Virus record (IMG/VR): IMGVR_UViG_3300046616_000314
Span: 124,001 to 188,000 of that record
Strand: one strand, 5' to 3'
DNA length: 64,000 bases
The notes under the pieces are model-generated. The model did not search any database. It was not told where the DNA came from and was given only the letters and a program-made list of their open reading frames with translations. Positions 63,218 through 64,000 of the stretch are shown piece by piece; position 1 is the first letter of the stretch; each line of letters begins with the position of its first letter. The position numbers were made by a program, and so were the translations under genes.

Positions 63218-63573
63218 TTAATCAATCCTTTCAGCTTAAAAAAGCAAATATCTTCATCAAAATGTTGATGGGAGCCGCGAAGGTAGAAATGCCCATCAAG
63301 GTATTTCACTTCCCACATTTCAGCCATGAGAATTACGTTAAAGAAACTGTCGTTGCTATACATATAAGTGAAACTATGACCTTCAACTTCCGTATCGCTT
63401 TGGAATGCACCGACCTTAGCCGGTCCATGGATAGCCAGTTCCTTCTTGTGTCGGTCATGAATCTCTTGTGGAATACTGGTAGCAACCACTCGGATTAGAC
63501 CGTCAACCGTATCAAACAGGTTGGGGTCTAATCTGAGTGGCTTTTTACCGGTTGGTGAAGCGATCAAGGACAT
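63214..63573 (-). CDS. hypothetical protein, G..E.F.ED..KLKG family
   Basis: GSHQHFDEDICFFKLKG; start MSLIASP. Confidence 0.6.
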   Translation of the reverse strand: MSLIASPTGKKPLRLDPNLFDTVDGLIRVVATSIPQEIHDRHKKELAIHGPAKVGAFQSDTEVEGHSFTYMYSNDSFFNVILMAEMWEVKYLDGHFYLRGSHQHFDEDICFFKLKGLIK

Positions 63574-64000
63574 TTTGAACCTCGCGCAAAACCAACTCGA
63601 CTGGGACATTCTTAGCGACGGCGTTATCCAGGCTACCATAGTGCTGTTCCAAACATTGGAACATGATAGTCTTGATTTCTTCCTCATCGGGACCGAACGG
63701 AAGCTTGCTTTCCTTGTAAACCGTTTCCAGTTCACTTTCGGTCTTGGTGAAGAATTGCTCGACCTGATCCAGAGTCCATTCGCCGTTGCGGATAGCAATC
63801 AGCTTACGGTTATTCCGTTGCAGGTCCAAGTCACCTTCGGTCAAGATTTGCTCGACTTCGCCCAAGAGGCGAACCAGATGGTACGCGAACTTGGTATCGT
63901 AGCCGTACTTGGCGATGGTCTCGGCTCGCTTCGGATTGCTCCGATTTTGCTTCGACTTGATCTTACCCAATTGCGTGAAGGCGTAACCCTTGAAGCTATG
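63545..64000 (-). CDS. nucleotidyltransferase (Pol-beta superfamily), C-terminal part; 5' end outside window
   Basis: Open frame to window edge: FKGYA..Q, GYDTKFAYHLVRLL, L..IRNG, S.LP..PD. Confidence 0.8.
   Translation of the reverse strand, partial: HSFKGYAFTQLGKIKSKQNRSNPKRAETIAKYGYDTKFAYHLVRLLGEVEQILTEGDLDLQRNNRKLIAIRNGEWTLDQVEQFFTKTESELETVYKESKLPFGPDEEEIKTIMFQCLEQHYGSLDNAVAKNVPVELVLREVQNVLDRFTNR

Noticed and set aside
1-64000. Stop-codon reassignment explaining the many short ORFs
   Set aside because: Known enzymes are full length in the standard code, the short ORFs end right after their shared motif using all three stops, successive ORFs change frame, and no suppressor tRNA is seen.

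Overview
64 kb of a large lytic myovirus (jumbo/T4-like) genome, standard genetic code. The host is probably a Gram-negative alphaproteobacterium (inferred from promoter style and a GH19 endolysin). Core genes: dispersed T4-like neck and tail-completion genes (gp13, gp14, gp15-like), endolysin, CysRS, RNA ligase, Thg1-like polymerase, dCMP deaminase, GMP reductase, AlkB-like dioxygenase, AAA/ABC ATPases, four glycosyltransferase-like genes, a nucleotidyltransferase and six tRNA or tRNA-like genes. The most striking element is a family of about 50 small, hyper-divergent ORFs sharing a C-terminal F-x-x-E-E-D-A-x-x-F-K-L-K-W motif, 26 of them in one gapless, translationally coupled array (1090-8778). 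Other notable items: a tRNA-Thr(UGU) with an 88-nt structured insertion at position 37/38; a Gly/Glu-rich leader peptide with alternative hairpins ahead of a Glu-Gly-Glu tRNA cluster; late-promoter genes sharing an N-terminal MRxxE(L/I)xE leader fused to ADP-ribosyltransferase-like and Acb1-like domains (candidate capsid-packaged effectors); a ~260-nt structured non-coding RNA; and an atypical tRNA-Cys-like gene in a genome with its own CysRS. All assignments are by-eye motif recognition; no searches were run.
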